The notes under the pieces were generated by a model. It saw only the letters and a program-made list of their open reading frames with translations, did not search any database and had not been told where the DNA came from. A stretch of DNA of 44,827 bases from a virus (lineage: Duplodnaviria; Caudoviricetes), in IMG/VR virus record IMGVR_UViG_3300017747_002276, positions 1 to 44,827 of that record; one strand, written 5' to 3'. The position numbers were made by a program, and so were the translations under genes. Positions 24,380 through 34,279 of the stretch are shown piece after piece; the first letter of the stretch is position 1; each line of letters opens with the position of its first letter.

Positions 24380-27300
24380 TGAACTCCGAAGGCAACACAA
24401 AGTACCGCGCACTCCTCGACGGCGGCTTCTCGACCACGCAGGCCGACGAATGGAAGGGCCAAGCGACTGCGGCGCTGCGCGCTGGCGGCTACGACGAAAA
24501 TGCCATCGCTCAGTATTGGGGCGAAGGCAAACCCGATCTTGCGCCCGAGGTTCGGGAGTTTCAGACCAAGCACGATCTGAATGTGCCGCCCGAGAAGCGC
24601 GTCGCCTCGACGGCTCTTGAGTTCTTCGAGGCCGGGCTCGATCAATCGGTCACTGGTCTCGCGATGGGGAAACCCGACGTTGTGATGCCCGAGAACGCCG
24701 GCATGTTCGGCGCGATCCTCGGCATGGCCGGCCAAGTCGTCGGCGATGCTCCCGCGATCATCTTCGGCACCGCGGGCGGCGCTGTTGCAGGTGCAAGCGG
24801 CGGCGCAGCGGTTGGCTCCGTTGTTCCCGGCGCAGGCACCGCGGCCGGCGCAGCGATTGGTGCTCCCGCTGGTGCACTGTACGGCGGCGGCTTCCTTCCA
24901 GGCTACCTGCGCCGCGCACTGATGGACCGCTACGAGAAGGGCGAAGTCACCACGTTCCGCGACTTCTGGAGCCTGCTGACGGGCGCTGCGCTCGCCGGGC
25001 ACAAGGAAGGCGCAATCAACGCCATCACTGCCGGCATCGGCGGACAGACGGGCGAAAAGGTTCTGAGGGCAACTGGCAACGCCGCCATTGCGACCAGCAC
25101 CAATCTGATCACACAGGCGACCACGGGCACCGCCATGGGCGCAGCCATAGAAGGCAAAGTGCCAAGCGTCGAAGACCTTGCAGCCGCCAGCGCCCTTGTT
25201 GTTGGCCTCCATGCCGGATACAAAGTCGTGGGCTCAGCGCCCAACGCGCGCATTGCGCTGACGGACGCCGGCCGCATGGTCGAGCGCAACCTTCGCGATA
25301 TCTACGCACGCACGGGAATGCACCCCGACGACATGCGAGCCAATGCCGACACTGGACCCGTTCCGCGCTCCGACGTGTTCGGCCGCACGGCCAACGACGA
25401 CGTGACTGTGAACGGTGTCGCCGTCCGCGAAGCGACGCGCAAGATACTGGCTGAGGAAGACGCGAAGTACGACGCCATGATCAAGGCCGACGACATGTCC
25501 GCCGTTGACATGCTGGAGTATGCAGCCTATCTGCGCCGCCGTCAGGAGCAAGTGGACGCAGTGTCGAACCGCGACCTGACCGATGAGCAGATCGCCGAAA
25601 TCCAGAAGCGCGGCTACGAGCACCCGGACGGTGACGATATGCCGCCCGACGTTGAGGGCATGGCGTCGAGCGACCGCGACCGCCGCACTGAGTTTCTCGA
25701 CCGCATCGCCGGCACCGCGTTCCGCCAGACCGAGGGCGGCGGATTGGTGCCCGACACAACGACCATCGCGAGTTACCTGAAAGCGTTCGGCAAGCGTGCT
25801 GGCTTCAACTTCATAGTGGGCCATCCAGAGACCGTCTCTGCGGAAAAAAACCCGAACATCATCGAGACGCCGCACTATCACCATACGCGCAAGTCGGTGT
25901 TTATTCCCGACACGGCCGAGGAGCTGAACCGCCGCTGGTACGGCCTCGGGCGTTACGAGATCATCTATCATGAAGTCGGCCACGCCATCGACTATTCGCT
26001 GGGTCGCCTGCACACTCGCGCATTCAACGACAGCGCTACGCCCGGCGTTGTCGATCCGCTGCGGCTGGAGATGCAGGAAGCCTCGAAGGTCTATCGCCCG
26101 CAGTTGTGGGATATGGCTCCCAAGCACATGCTGAAGCCGGCCGAGCTGTTCGCCGATGCGATTGCCACCTACATCAGCAATCCAACGATGCGGGGAAAGA
26201 TGCCCCTATTCGCCGCAAAGTATGCGAAGCTTCTGGAGCCGTACATTGCCATCGCCGAGCGCAATCTGCCGAAGCGCGGAGAGAAGGGCTGGGTGCCCCC
26301 TGGCGGCGAAGAAGCCGCGTCCGGTGGACGTGGTGGCGCAACGCCTCCTGGTGGCGGACGTACGCCTCCGCCGCCTCCTCCAGGTGGACCCGATATCATT
26401 CCGCCCGATGGTCCCAACATTCGCCCGAAGATCACGGACGAGCGCATTCATCCGACGCTGAGCACGCGCATCGGCCGCTTCCTCGAAGGCCGCATCGGCG
26501 AGCGCCCCGAGCGCGGCTGGCGCAACCTGTTCAATCCGCGGCTGCTCTACCGTCAGTTCGTGTCCGAGCTGGGTGCTGGCCGCACGTTCGACGTGGAGCA
26601 TCAGATCGGCCCCGACGACCTCGGCATCGAAGACATGCTGCGCCAGACCTACGCGTCTGCGCCGCGCGCCCGCTACTTCATGCGCTGGGGTGGCCTCGAC
26701 GCCATCACGCTTGAGCCGAACGGCGCTCCCTCCTATCTCTCCGCGTACGACGTTGTGCGCGAGAACGGCGGCAACCTTCAGGACTTCGAGGGCTACCGCG
26801 TGGCGGCTCGCGTGGTCGAGCTGAGCGAGCGCGGCATCGAGACCGGCTTCGATCTGATGGAAGCGAACGCGATCTTGACCGAGGGCCGCCCGATCTACGG
26901 CGAAGCCAACCGCGTCGTGAACGAAGCGAAGAACAACGTCATTGACTACGCGCGAGACAGCGGCTTCTTCAGCGAGGCCGGCGCTGCGGAGATGAAGGCC
27001 GCCAACTCCTCGCACATCATGTTCCGCCGCATCATGGACCCGAACTACAACCCGACCTACATGGGGAAGACGCGCGGCTTCAACACGAAGATGCCCGTGC
27101 GCCGCATCGAGGGCTCCGAGCGCATGATCCTTCCGCCGACCGTCGCGGATATCGAGAACCTGCACTTCATCGTCGCCATGGCTGACCGCAACCGCGCAGT
27201 GGGCTCCGTGATCGGCCGCGTCGAACAGGTCAACGCAGACTTGGCCGCAGCCGGGCTCGGGCTCAACACGACCATGCGCCGCATCGAGGACGCCAATCGC

Positions 27301-29130
27301 CCGCGCTTCGAGGTTCTGGATGAAGACGGCAACGTCGTGTACGACAGCCGGCATCCTCCGCGCCCGGCCGACGATAGCCCCTTCGAGGGCATCGCAGTTC
27401 AGCGCTCCATCGACCCGCACCGCAACCCCGGTCAATTCATCTACTACCGCAACGGCCGCGCCGAAGTGTGGGAGACGAACGATCATGAGCTTGCGCGCAT
27501 CCTGCGTGCGCCGGGCGATGCTCCCGAGATGAATGCGGCCATGTGGATCATGGGAGAGTTTGCGAAGTTCGCACGCCTGGGCGTCATCACGTCGCCAGAC
27601 TTCCCGGCACGGTCGATTGCGCGCGGTGAAATCTCGCGCACCGTCAATATGCCCTACGGCGGCGCTCCGTTCTCGTCGTTCTTCCAGGCCCTGCGCGACG
27701 TGGTCTTCGAGACGCCGGCCTATCGTGACGCCGTTGCAAAGGGGGCCACGGGTGGCAGCTTCCTCGGCATGGACGTTGCTCCGCTGGTCGAGGATATCAA
27801 CACGACGTTCGATCAGACGCACACCTACAGCAACGCGTGGAACTTCTTCCGGCATCCGGTCGAAGCCATGCGCGCCTTGCAGGACCGCTTGTACACGGCG
27901 CAGGCCGTTGGCTACTACCAAAGCGTAGAGCGCGCGGGCGTCTACGAAAGCTCCATCAAGTCGGGGTCCGAGGCTCGCAAGTCGTCCATCGACGTGTCCG
28001 AGAAGGCCGGCCTCGCAGTCGTCAACTCGTGGCACCGCTCCACGCTGTTCTTGCGCACGTCCACCCTGGACATTGCACAGCTTGGCCGCGCGTTCCGCGA
28101 GCGTCCGGTCTCCACGATGATCAAGATCGCGAAGTGGATCATGATCCCGACCGCGCTGACGTGGATCGCGAACACAGTCTACGACAGCATGTACGAGAAC
28201 GATGCGGACTTCCGCGCTAAGAACCCTGGCTATGTCCCCTATCGCGAGCTGCCGCGCTGGCAGCGCGAGAACAGCTTCGTGCTGCCGCCCATCGGAGGGG
28301 TCCGCCTGCGTCTCCCGCTGAAGCCCTACACGAGCGGCTTCTTCGGCGCAGTGCTGGAGCGCGGCCTCGACGCCACGTTCCTCAAGGACCCTCGCGCGTT
28401 CAAGGATTGGCACGAGAGCTTCGCGGCGCTCGTGATCCCCGGCTTCATCCCGGCGCTCGTGCTCCCGATCTACGAGGGCGTCGCCAACACGCGTGCAGTG
28501 TCCAACTCTCCGTTGGTGCCGGCGTCGCTCGAAGCCGCCTCGGGATACATGCGCTATACGCCCGACACGACCGAGACCGCGAAGGCTATCAGTCGTTGGC
28601 TGTCTCCCGACGTTGGGCTACTCGCGCGGTTCGATGTGGGTCTCCCGGATGCCATGTCGCCGATCATGATCGACAACCTCGCCCGTGGTTGGGCTGGCCC
28701 TGTGCCCGTTGAAATCCTCAAGGCCCTCGAAGCACCGTTCAAGCCGCGGGCGCACCCGTGGACCATCGCTGATGTGCCGGTCGTCAAGTCGTTCATCGCC
28801 CGTCACCCCGGCGCAGGCGCTCAGTCCGTGCAGGACTTCTACGACGCCATGAAGAAGGTCGAGAGCAAGGGCCGCGATTGGTTCCTCGCCGTGCGCCGGC
28901 AGAACGCAGGAGAGATGCGGGAGCTGATGCTCGACAACCGTTCGTTCCTGCGGCTCGCGTCCATCAAGGAGGCCATCTCCTCGCAGTCGGCCGTCATCGA
29001 CGCGATCAACAAGAACAAGAAACTCACGAACGACGAGAAGCTCAAACAGATCGACGCGATCTACGGGAGCATGATCCTGATGGCGAAGACCGGAACCAAG
29101 ATCATCGACGGAGCCTCCAATGGCAACTAA
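24379..29130 (+). CDS. Large ejection / polyvalent protein with zincin metallopeptidase and LPD38-like C-terminus
   Basis: 1583 aa. Gly-rich hydrophobic hairpin near the N-terminus, YHEVGH...ELFADA, Pro/Gly linker, C-terminal YRELPRWQRENSFVLP...RLPLKPY. Confidence 0.8.
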   Translation: MNSEGNTKYRALLDGGFSTTQADEWKGQATAALRAGGYDENAIAQYWGEGKPDLAPEVREFQTKHDLNVPPEKRVASTALEFFEAGLDQSVTGLAMGKPDVVMPENAGMFGAILGMAGQVVGDAPAIIFGTAGGAVAGASGGAAVGSVVPGAGTAAGAAIGAPAGALYGGGFLPGYLRRALMDRYEKGEVTTFRDFWSLLTGAALAGHKEGAINAITAGIGGQTGEKVLRATGNAAIATSTNLITQATTGTAMGAAIEGKVPSVEDLAAASALVVGLHAGYKVVGSAPNARIALTDAGRMVERNLRDIYARTGMHPDDMRANADTGPVPRSDVFGRTANDDVTVNGVAVREATRKILAEEDAKYDAMIKADDMSAVDMLEYAAYLRRRQEQVDAVSNRDLTDEQIAEIQKRGYEHPDGDDMPPDVEGMASSDRDRRTEFLDRIAGTAFRQTEGGGLVPDTTTIASYLKAFGKRAGFNFIVGHPETVSAEKNPNIIETPHYHHTRKSVFIPDTAEELNRRWYGLGRYEIIYHEVGHAIDYSLGRLHTRAFNDSATPGVVDPLRLEMQEASKVYRPQLWDMAPKHMLKPAELFADAIATYISNPTMRGKMPLFAAKYAKLLEPYIAIAERNLPKRGEKGWVPPGGEEAASGGRGGATPPGGGRTPPPPPPGGPDIIPPDGPNIRPKITDERIHPTLSTRIGRFLEGRIGERPERGWRNLFNPRLLYRQFVSELGAGRTFDVEHQIGPDDLGIEDMLRQTYASAPRARYFMRWGGLDAITLEPNGAPSYLSAYDVVRENGGNLQDFEGYRVAARVVELSERGIETGFDLMEANAILTEGRPIYGEANRVVNEAKNNVIDYARDSGFFSEAGAAEMKAANSSHIMFRRIMDPNYNPTYMGKTRGFNTKMPVRRIEGSERMILPPTVADIENLHFIVAMADRNRAVGSVIGRVEQVNADLAAAGLGLNTTMRRIEDANRPRFEVLDEDGNVVYDSRHPPRPADDSPFEGIAVQRSIDPHRNPGQFIYYRNGRAEVWETNDHELARILRAPGDAPEMNAAMWIMGEFAKFARLGVITSPDFPARSIARGEISRTVNMPYGGAPFSSFFQALRDVVFETPAYRDAVAKGATGGSFLGMDVAPLVEDINTTFDQTHTYSNAWNFFRHPVEAMRALQDRLYTAQAVGYYQSVERAGVYESSIKSGSEARKSSIDVSEKAGLAVVNSWHRSTLFLRTSTLDIAQLGRAFRERPVSTMIKIAKWIMIPTALTWIANTVYDSMYENDADFRAKNPGYVPYRELPRWQRENSFVLPPIGGVRLRLPLKPYTSGFFGAVLERGLDATFLKDPRAFKDWHESFAALVIPGFIPALVLPIYEGVANTRAVSNSPLVPASLEAASGYMRYTPDTTETAKAISRWLSPDVGLLARFDVGLPDAMSPIMIDNLARGWAGPVPVEILKALEAPFKPRAHPWTIADVPVVKSFIARHPGAGAQSVQDFYDAMKKVESKGRDWFLAVRRQNAGEMRELMLDNRSFLRLASIKEAISSQSAVIDAINKNKKLTNDEKLKQIDAIYGSMILMAKTGTKIIDGASNGN

Positions 29131-30040
29131 TCGCGTTCGCGGCATTCGCCAGAAGACCCCCAGCGGGGTACTGTTCGGCCGCGCGTCCAAGGGCGTCGGT
29201 AAACCCGAGATGATGACGATTGATACCCTGCGCCGCCTGATTGGCCTTAGCCCCGGTGGCGTATCACAGCAGATCGATGCGGGCGTATCTGCTTATCTCG
29301 ACAGCCTGAGCAGCACCCACGGTGCCATCATCTACCGCGACAGCGCAGCGTGGCAAGCGCTTGCTCCAGGCACCAGCGGACATTTCCTAAAAACCAACGG
29401 GTCTGGCGCAGACCCCGCATGGGCCGCAGCTAGTGGAGGAGGCGGAGGCCCCTTTAGTCCGCCCTCAACTAGCACCCTTTCGCAGTCTTACGAAGACGCG
29501 GGTAAACCTGCGACCATCACGTACGATGCCAGCTTCGGCTACTCAATGGCAAAGGCTGGTGGCGCTACGTCAACAGACAGCGTTGCCTTCCGCGGCCAAG
29601 CGGTGCCGGGCTCAACGCCGTGGACCATTACGGCCCGCTTTTGGGCGAACGCCCGCAGCACGTCTGCCCGCATCGGCCTTGGTCTCACCAATGGCACAGC
29701 CTTCTCGTCCATTAAGTTGGGCTCAGACAACGCGTCCATAAACACAGCTCCGCTGATCACAACACAGCGACACACGAACACGACCACCTTCTCTGCCACC
29801 ATTGGCACAAACAGATCGGTGGACAACCGTGGCCCCGTTTGGTTCCGCATCACCGACAACGGCACAAACAACATCTTCGAGTACAGCTTCGACGGCATAT
29901 TCTGGATTACTCACTTGACCGAGGCGCGGGCGACCTATCTGACAGCCACGCACGTCGGGATTATTAGCTCGTCTTTTGCCCCTGCCGCCGATAGTGGCAT
30001 GGTAGTGATTGGAAATTGCGACTACTATGCTCAGTCTTAA
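29120..30040 (+). CDS. Tail fibre/spike-like protein with lectin-like C-terminal beta domain
   Basis: G.IIYR....W.AL.PGTSG.FLKTNG.GADPAW fibre repeat, Gly hinge, VWFRIT.NG....FEYS.DG..W. Confidence 0.65.
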   Translation: MATNRVRGIRQKTPSGVLFGRASKGVGKPEMMTIDTLRRLIGLSPGGVSQQIDAGVSAYLDSLSSTHGAIIYRDSAAWQALAPGTSGHFLKTNGSGADPAWAAASGGGGGPFSPPSTSTLSQSYEDAGKPATITYDASFGYSMAKAGGATSTDSVAFRGQAVPGSTPWTITARFWANARSTSARIGLGLTNGTAFSSIKLGSDNASINTAPLITTQRHTNTTTFSATIGTNRSVDNRGPVWFRITDNGTNNIFEYSFDGIFWITHLTEARATYLTATHVGIISSSFAPAADSGMVVIGNCDYYAQS

Positions 30041-30043
30041 CCA

Positions 30044-30072
30044 TTGACAGCCTAGGGTTGCCATCGTAAACT
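30044..30072 (+). promoter_or_regulatory. Sigma70-like promoter
   Basis: TTGACA-N17-TAAACT, with TTAACCAT at 30037-30044 abutting the -35. Confidence 0.75.
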
Positions 30073-30093
30073 TACAGGCTACAGGAGATCACC

Positions 30094-30405
30094 ATGACCA
30101 AAGCATACATCGCCGAGTTCGCCTCGATGCCCATCAGGAATGGCAACAACCAAACTATGGCTCCGGTGCCGCCCTTGGCTGAGCAGACCGTTGACTACAC
30201 GGCAGGCGTAGCAGCGTCGGCCGTCTTCAACGCGGCCACGAAGTTCGTGCGTGTGCATGTTGACAGCATCGCGTCCGTTGCCTTCGGCGCTGCCCCAGTT
30301 GCCACCGTGAACAACATGCGCTTGGCAGCCAGCCAAACCGAATACTTCGAGCTTCCGCAGCCGCGACCGAGCGACTACAAAGCTTCATTCATCACCAACA
30401 CGTAA
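30094..30405 (+). CDS. Putative virion structural protein
   Basis: AGGAG RBS. Beta-rich; T.FVRV.......FG..P.AT......EYF. Confidence 0.75.
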   Translation: MTKAYIAEFASMPIRNGNNQTMAPVPPLAEQTVDYTAGVAASAVFNAATKFVRVHVDSIASVAFGAAPVATVNNMRLAASQTEYFELPQPRPSDYKASFITNT

Positions 30406-30414
30406 GAGGCTCCG

Positions 30415-30918
30415 ATGATCAACCTAACGTCACATCCGGCAGTTGCGACGCCCGAAGCCGGGGTCTTTGCCCTTTTGGCACTGATCACTGATCCTGTGGC
30501 CGCAACCGAGCGGCTGAACGAACTGGAGACGGTTCGCGATGAGGCTGAGGCTGTCGTGAAGGAAGCGGAAGCTAAGTCCGCGGCAACGGCCGCCGAGGCT
30601 GCGCAGTTGACCGGATACGCTGCGCTGTTGGCAGAGCGGGAGGTTGCGATTGGAAATGCGGCCTCGGCTCTATCGACGCAAGAGGCACAGCACGCGGCCG
30701 AGGTTGCCAAGTGGCAGTCGAAGATCGCCGTCAAAGATGCCGACGTGGCGGCTCGCGAAGCTGCCGTACTTGGCCGCGAGGAAGATGTGGCTCGCCTTAC
30801 GAAGGTCGCCGCCGAGGCGTCCGAGTATGCCGAAGCGCTGCGCGAGGAAGCTTCTGAAGCCAGGGCCAAGTACGAGAAGGCACTCGCCGGTTTGCGGGCG
30901 CAGTTGCCGCCAGAATAA
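30415..30918 (+). CDS. Coiled-coil hypothetical protein
   Basis: GAGG RBS, A/E-rich heptads. Confidence 0.7.
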   Translation: MINLTSHPAVATPEAGVFALLALITDPVAATERLNELETVRDEAEAVVKEAEAKSAATAAEAAQLTGYAALLAEREVAIGNAASALSTQEAQHAAEVAKWQSKIAVKDADVAAREAAVLGREEDVARLTKVAAEASEYAEALREEASEARAKYEKALAGLRAQLPPE

Positions 30919-30930
30919 CGGGGCATCTCC

Positions 30931-31962
30931 ATGGCGGGGAACCCCACACGCGGCTTCATTGCAAACTGTGGCCGCCTTATGATGATTTATCTGGAGGCCG
31001 ATGGCGGCGCAGCTCCGGGTGGAGGAGAAGAAATGGGTGCACCACAAGGCCGCCTCACGCTCACTACAGGGGTTCCGGTACTCACGACCGATGTGACTGG
31101 AGCAGCGACGATATACTATACGCCGTACGTTGGCGACTATGTGCCGATCTACAACGGCAGTACGTGGACGATGACGCAGTTTGCGGAGTTGTCGCAGGCG
31201 CTATCCGACACGGCCAAGAGCCCAGCGGCTGCCGCGGCCAACAGCAATTACGATATGTTCGTGTGGAACGATGGCGGCACCCTGCGGTGCACGCGTGGCC
31301 CATTGTGGACAAGCGACACAGCGCGCGGCACAGGAGCCGGCACAACGGAGTTGTCCCGCGTCAACGGCCTCTGGACGAATGCCTTCGCGATCACCAATGG
31401 TCCTGGTGCCGGCCTCGGCACCTATGTTGGCACCATCCGCACTGATGCTACGCCGGCTTGCAACATGCTATTCGCTCCAGCCGCGGCCTCTGGCGGAGCA
31501 GCCAATCGCCTTGATGTGTGGAATGCCTATAACCGCATCGATGTAGCTTCTACCAATCGGGACAGCACTGCAACGTGGACGTACAACACAGTGACGTGGC
31601 GGGCGCGAAACAACAACGCCAACAACGGAATTAGTTATGTGTGCGGTCTTGATGAAGACGCTTTCAGCGCAACGACGGATATGACCGCATCACATTCTAC
31701 GGCTGACCAAGCTGTGATAGGTCTCGGGCTCGACACAACCTCGGCCCTCCATGCGCAGTCGTCAGCAACGTGGGTCGCTTCAAACACCATCAATAAATTT
31801 ATCAGCGCATTTGCCGCTCTTTCTATTTTAGGAGGCATCGGCTTCCACACAGTTTATCCTCTGGAACAGGGAAGCGGCGCAACAGCAACGTGGCGCAATA
31901 ACACGACGGGCGGAGCAGGAACAGACGCCCGCGGCACCATGCGCCTATCACTTCCAATGTAA
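30931..31962 (+). CDS. Putative tail fibre / receptor-binding protein
   Basis: GRLTLTTGVPV...TIYYTPY.G, T/G/N-rich beta composition. Confidence 0.7.
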   Translation: MAGNPTRGFIANCGRLMMIYLEADGGAAPGGGEEMGAPQGRLTLTTGVPVLTTDVTGAATIYYTPYVGDYVPIYNGSTWTMTQFAELSQALSDTAKSPAAAAANSNYDMFVWNDGGTLRCTRGPLWTSDTARGTGAGTTELSRVNGLWTNAFAITNGPGAGLGTYVGTIRTDATPACNMLFAPAAASGGAANRLDVWNAYNRIDVASTNRDSTATWTYNTVTWRARNNNANNGISYVCGLDEDAFSATTDMTASHSTADQAVIGLGLDTTSALHAQSSATWVASNTINKFISAFAALSILGGIGFHTVYPLEQGSGATATWRNNTTGGAGTDARGTMRLSLPM

Positions 31963-31973
31963 GGATCGACGCC

Positions 31974-32324
31974 ATGTCCATTGCCGCCGCCATAGATAAA
32001 GAACTCCGTGCCGCTGGATGCATAATCCACGGCGTAAGCCTTGGCCGTGAAGACGATAAAGCTACGTGGCGTATCGACTGGGTTGCGGAGCCGACGTTGC
32101 CCCTCGTTACGCAGGCGCAGGCTATCATCGACGCGTTTGATATCGCTGCCGTAGTGGCCCCAAAAGGCGAACTGGAGCTGTTGATAGAACACTTGGTAGC
32201 CAAGGGCATCGTGCGTGCGGAGGAGCTGCCGCCCGAGCTTCAGGCCTTGGCCGCGGTGCCGGTCGCCGAAGCCCAGGCGTGGGGCTGGGTTCAGGCCGCC
32301 ATCGACTGGCTGCTAGGGAGATAG
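31974..32324 (+). CDS. Hypothetical protein (possible fibre chaperone)
   Basis: AAGGA RBS. I.GVS.G..DDK.TWRID....T..Q..AQ..IDAFD, directly after the fibre gene. Confidence 0.65.
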   Translation: MSIAAAIDKELRAAGCIIHGVSLGREDDKATWRIDWVAEPTLPLVTQAQAIIDAFDIAAVVAPKGELELLIEHLVAKGIVRAEELPPELQALAAVPVAEAQAWGWVQAAIDWLLGR

Positions 32325-32328
32325 TGTC

Positions 32329-32490
32329 GTGGCTGATACCCCAACTCGCGGCTTTGTAGCCAATGCCGGCCGTCTCATGACCATCTACATGGTATCGGAC
32401 GGTGGAGGCGCTGGGGCCAACAACGCTGAGCTTCGCGAAGATGGCAGCCGTGAGCTGCGCGAAGACGGCACCATCGAGCTGCGCGAGTAA
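32329..32490 (+). CDS. 53-aa protein with shared N-terminal motif and ELREDG repeats (not in ORF track)
   Basis: GTG start after GGGAG. (M)ADTPTRGFVANAGRLMTIYMVSDGGGAGANNAELREDGSRELREDGTIELRE. Confidence 0.75.
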   Translation: MADTPTRGFVANAGRLMTIYMVSDGGGAGANNAELREDGSRELREDGTIELRE

Positions 32491-32493
32491 CCC

Positions 32494-33522
32494 ATGGTCG
32501 ATACAACAGCATCCGGCGAAAACAACGGTGCACCGTTTGCTGCCGCCGATGTGGTTCGCATATCCCGGTTCAACGGAACCATTTGGGAGAACTTCCGAGT
32601 AACGGGAGCCGACATTGCCACGTTCATGGATGCGACGTTTCTAACGCCGGCCGAGGGCAACGCTGCCTATGACGCCATCGGCGCAGCCGCCGCGGCTATA
32701 GTAGCGCATGAGGCAGCCGGCGATCCGCACCCTCAGTATCTCACCGCGGCCGAAGGCGACGCTCTGTTTCTGACGCCGGCCGAAGGCAACGCCGCCTATG
32801 CTGCCTTAGCCGATGCGTTCACAACTGAGAAGGCGCAGGACGCCGTGGGCGCAATGGTCGATGCGTCCATAGTCTATGTGGACGCGACGCCACTTCTTCA
32901 GCGTGCGGCCCTCACGGGTGACGTGACGGCAGCGGCCGGGTCCAATGCAACCGCCATTGCCAACGACGCTGTAACCTACGCGAAGATGCAGAACGTATCG
33001 GCGATCTCGAAGCTTCTTGGCCGCGGCTCAGCCGCAGGCGCTGGAGACGTGGAGGAGATTACCCTCGGCACCAACCTCACCATGAGCGGCACCACGCTCA
33101 ACGCTGCGAGCGGTGGCGGAGGCAGTGGACCCACAACGGGCACAGCTATCCTCGATTTCGGGGCTTTCCCTGGGTCATCGCACGCCAGTGTTGCGGTTAC
33201 AGGCCAAGCTGCTATAGTGGCCGGCTCAATCGTCAAGGCATGGATCAGGCCGGTGGCGACTGCCGACCATACGGCCGATGAACATATGGTGGAGACGCTA
33301 AAGGTATTCGCGGCTGACATTGTTGCCGGCACAGGCTTCACGATACATGGCTTCAACACGTCGGAGCTATTCGAGAAGCCGCCCAATGCTTACGGCCAAG
33401 GAGGCAACAAGGCCAACTCGGGGACGACCTACGCCGGCAACGGCGCTGGAGCACCAAACGACAACTACAACAGAGGCACCCGCCTCTATGGGCAATGGAC
33501 GATTGCCTGGGAATGGATATAA
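32494..33522 (+). CDS. Tail fibre-like protein
   Basis: H.AA.DPHPQYLT, FLTPAEGNAAY twice, LTGDVT, AVTYAKMQNV, LLGRGS..AGDVEEI fibre-shaft motifs. Confidence 0.75.
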   Translation: MVDTTASGENNGAPFAAADVVRISRFNGTIWENFRVTGADIATFMDATFLTPAEGNAAYDAIGAAAAAIVAHEAAGDPHPQYLTAAEGDALFLTPAEGNAAYAALADAFTTEKAQDAVGAMVDASIVYVDATPLLQRAALTGDVTAAAGSNATAIANDAVTYAKMQNVSAISKLLGRGSAAGAGDVEEITLGTNLTMSGTTLNAASGGGGSGPTTGTAILDFGAFPGSSHASVAVTGQAAIVAGSIVKAWIRPVATADHTADEHMVETLKVFAADIVAGTGFTIHGFNTSELFEKPPNAYGQGGNKANSGTTYAGNGAGAPNDNYNRGTRLYGQWTIAWEWI

Positions 33523-33537
33523 AGAGGAGTTACGACG

Positions 33538-34215
33538 ATGGCACTTCCAATTCAAGGCGCAGGCGGTTCTATTGCCGAGGTTGGGGCATTCGCAGCAAAA
33601 GGCCTCCACACGATCATCAAACCAGCAGATCATGGATCGCTTGGACATTACCGCGTGGGCGTCAGCACGGGTACCTTGGCCGCAGCGCTCGCAGCCAATG
33701 CACAATTGCTGCAATTCAAGTGGACGGACGCCACGCGGTTCGCGGTTATCACCAGCATCAAGACCCAGTTCCTCACGTTGACCCGGTTCACGGCCGGCAC
33801 CATCACCGACTTCGGGCTCGACGCTTTCATCGCGCGTTCGTTCGCGGCTGGTGGCGGCGGCACCACACTGACGCTCACGGGCGACAACGCGGCGCTGCGG
33901 ACGAACATGGGAACATCGCTGGCGCAGATCAACGTCTCCACCACGGCCGCTCTGACAGCCGCCACTACGCTCGACGCTCACCCATTCGCGCAGAGCATGG
34001 GCGGACATGGGGCGCAGATCGTTCCCTCGGCGACCATTCAATATGCCGATGCGCCGAACCCGCTGGTCTATGAGCCGCGCATGGAGAGCGGCGAACATCC
34101 GCTCGTGTTGGCACAGAACGAAGGCTTCGTCATTCGCAACAGAGCTGTGTGGCCTGCGGCGGGAACCGGCATCTATTCGTTCACGGTCCAATGGGCCGAA
34201 GTGGCGGCGTTCTAG
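33538..34215 (+). CDS. Putative virion structural protein
   Basis: GAGGAG RBS. Beta-rich, ends PLVLAQNEG...W.EV. Confidence 0.7.
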   Translation: MALPIQGAGGSIAEVGAFAAKGLHTIIKPADHGSLGHYRVGVSTGTLAAALAANAQLLQFKWTDATRFAVITSIKTQFLTLTRFTAGTITDFGLDAFIARSFAAGGGGTTLTLTGDNAALRTNMGTSLAQINVSTTAALTAATTLDAHPFAQSMGGHGAQIVPSATIQYADAPNPLVYEPRMESGEHPLVLAQNEGFVIRNRAVWPAAGTGIYSFTVQWAEVAAF

Positions 34216-34221
34216 GGCGGC

Positions 34222-34250
34222 TTGACCGGGCGCAGTGTGTGGGTTAAGAT
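34222..34250 (+). promoter_or_regulatory. Sigma70-like promoter for the lysis cassette
   Basis: TTGACC-N17-TAAGAT. Confidence 0.65.
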
Positions 34251-34279
34251 GGTCACAACCGTTAACTACGGGCTGCGCC

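Noticed and set aside
26206-28413. 735-aa antisense ORF, and similar ones at 3725-4915, 11413-12666, 19397-20497 and 38299-39936
   Set aside because: These are shadow ORFs opposite well-supported genes in GC-biased codon usage, with no recognisable motifs.
32637-32800. Duplicated ~35-bp sequence in a fibre gene
   Set aside because: It encodes the in-frame protein repeat FLTPAEGNAAY with synonymous differences, an ordinary fibre repeat.
29120-34215. BPP-1-like diversity-generating retroelement
   Set aside because: No reverse transcriptase ORF and no template/variable repeat pair differing at adenines was seen, despite the BPP-1-like head genes.
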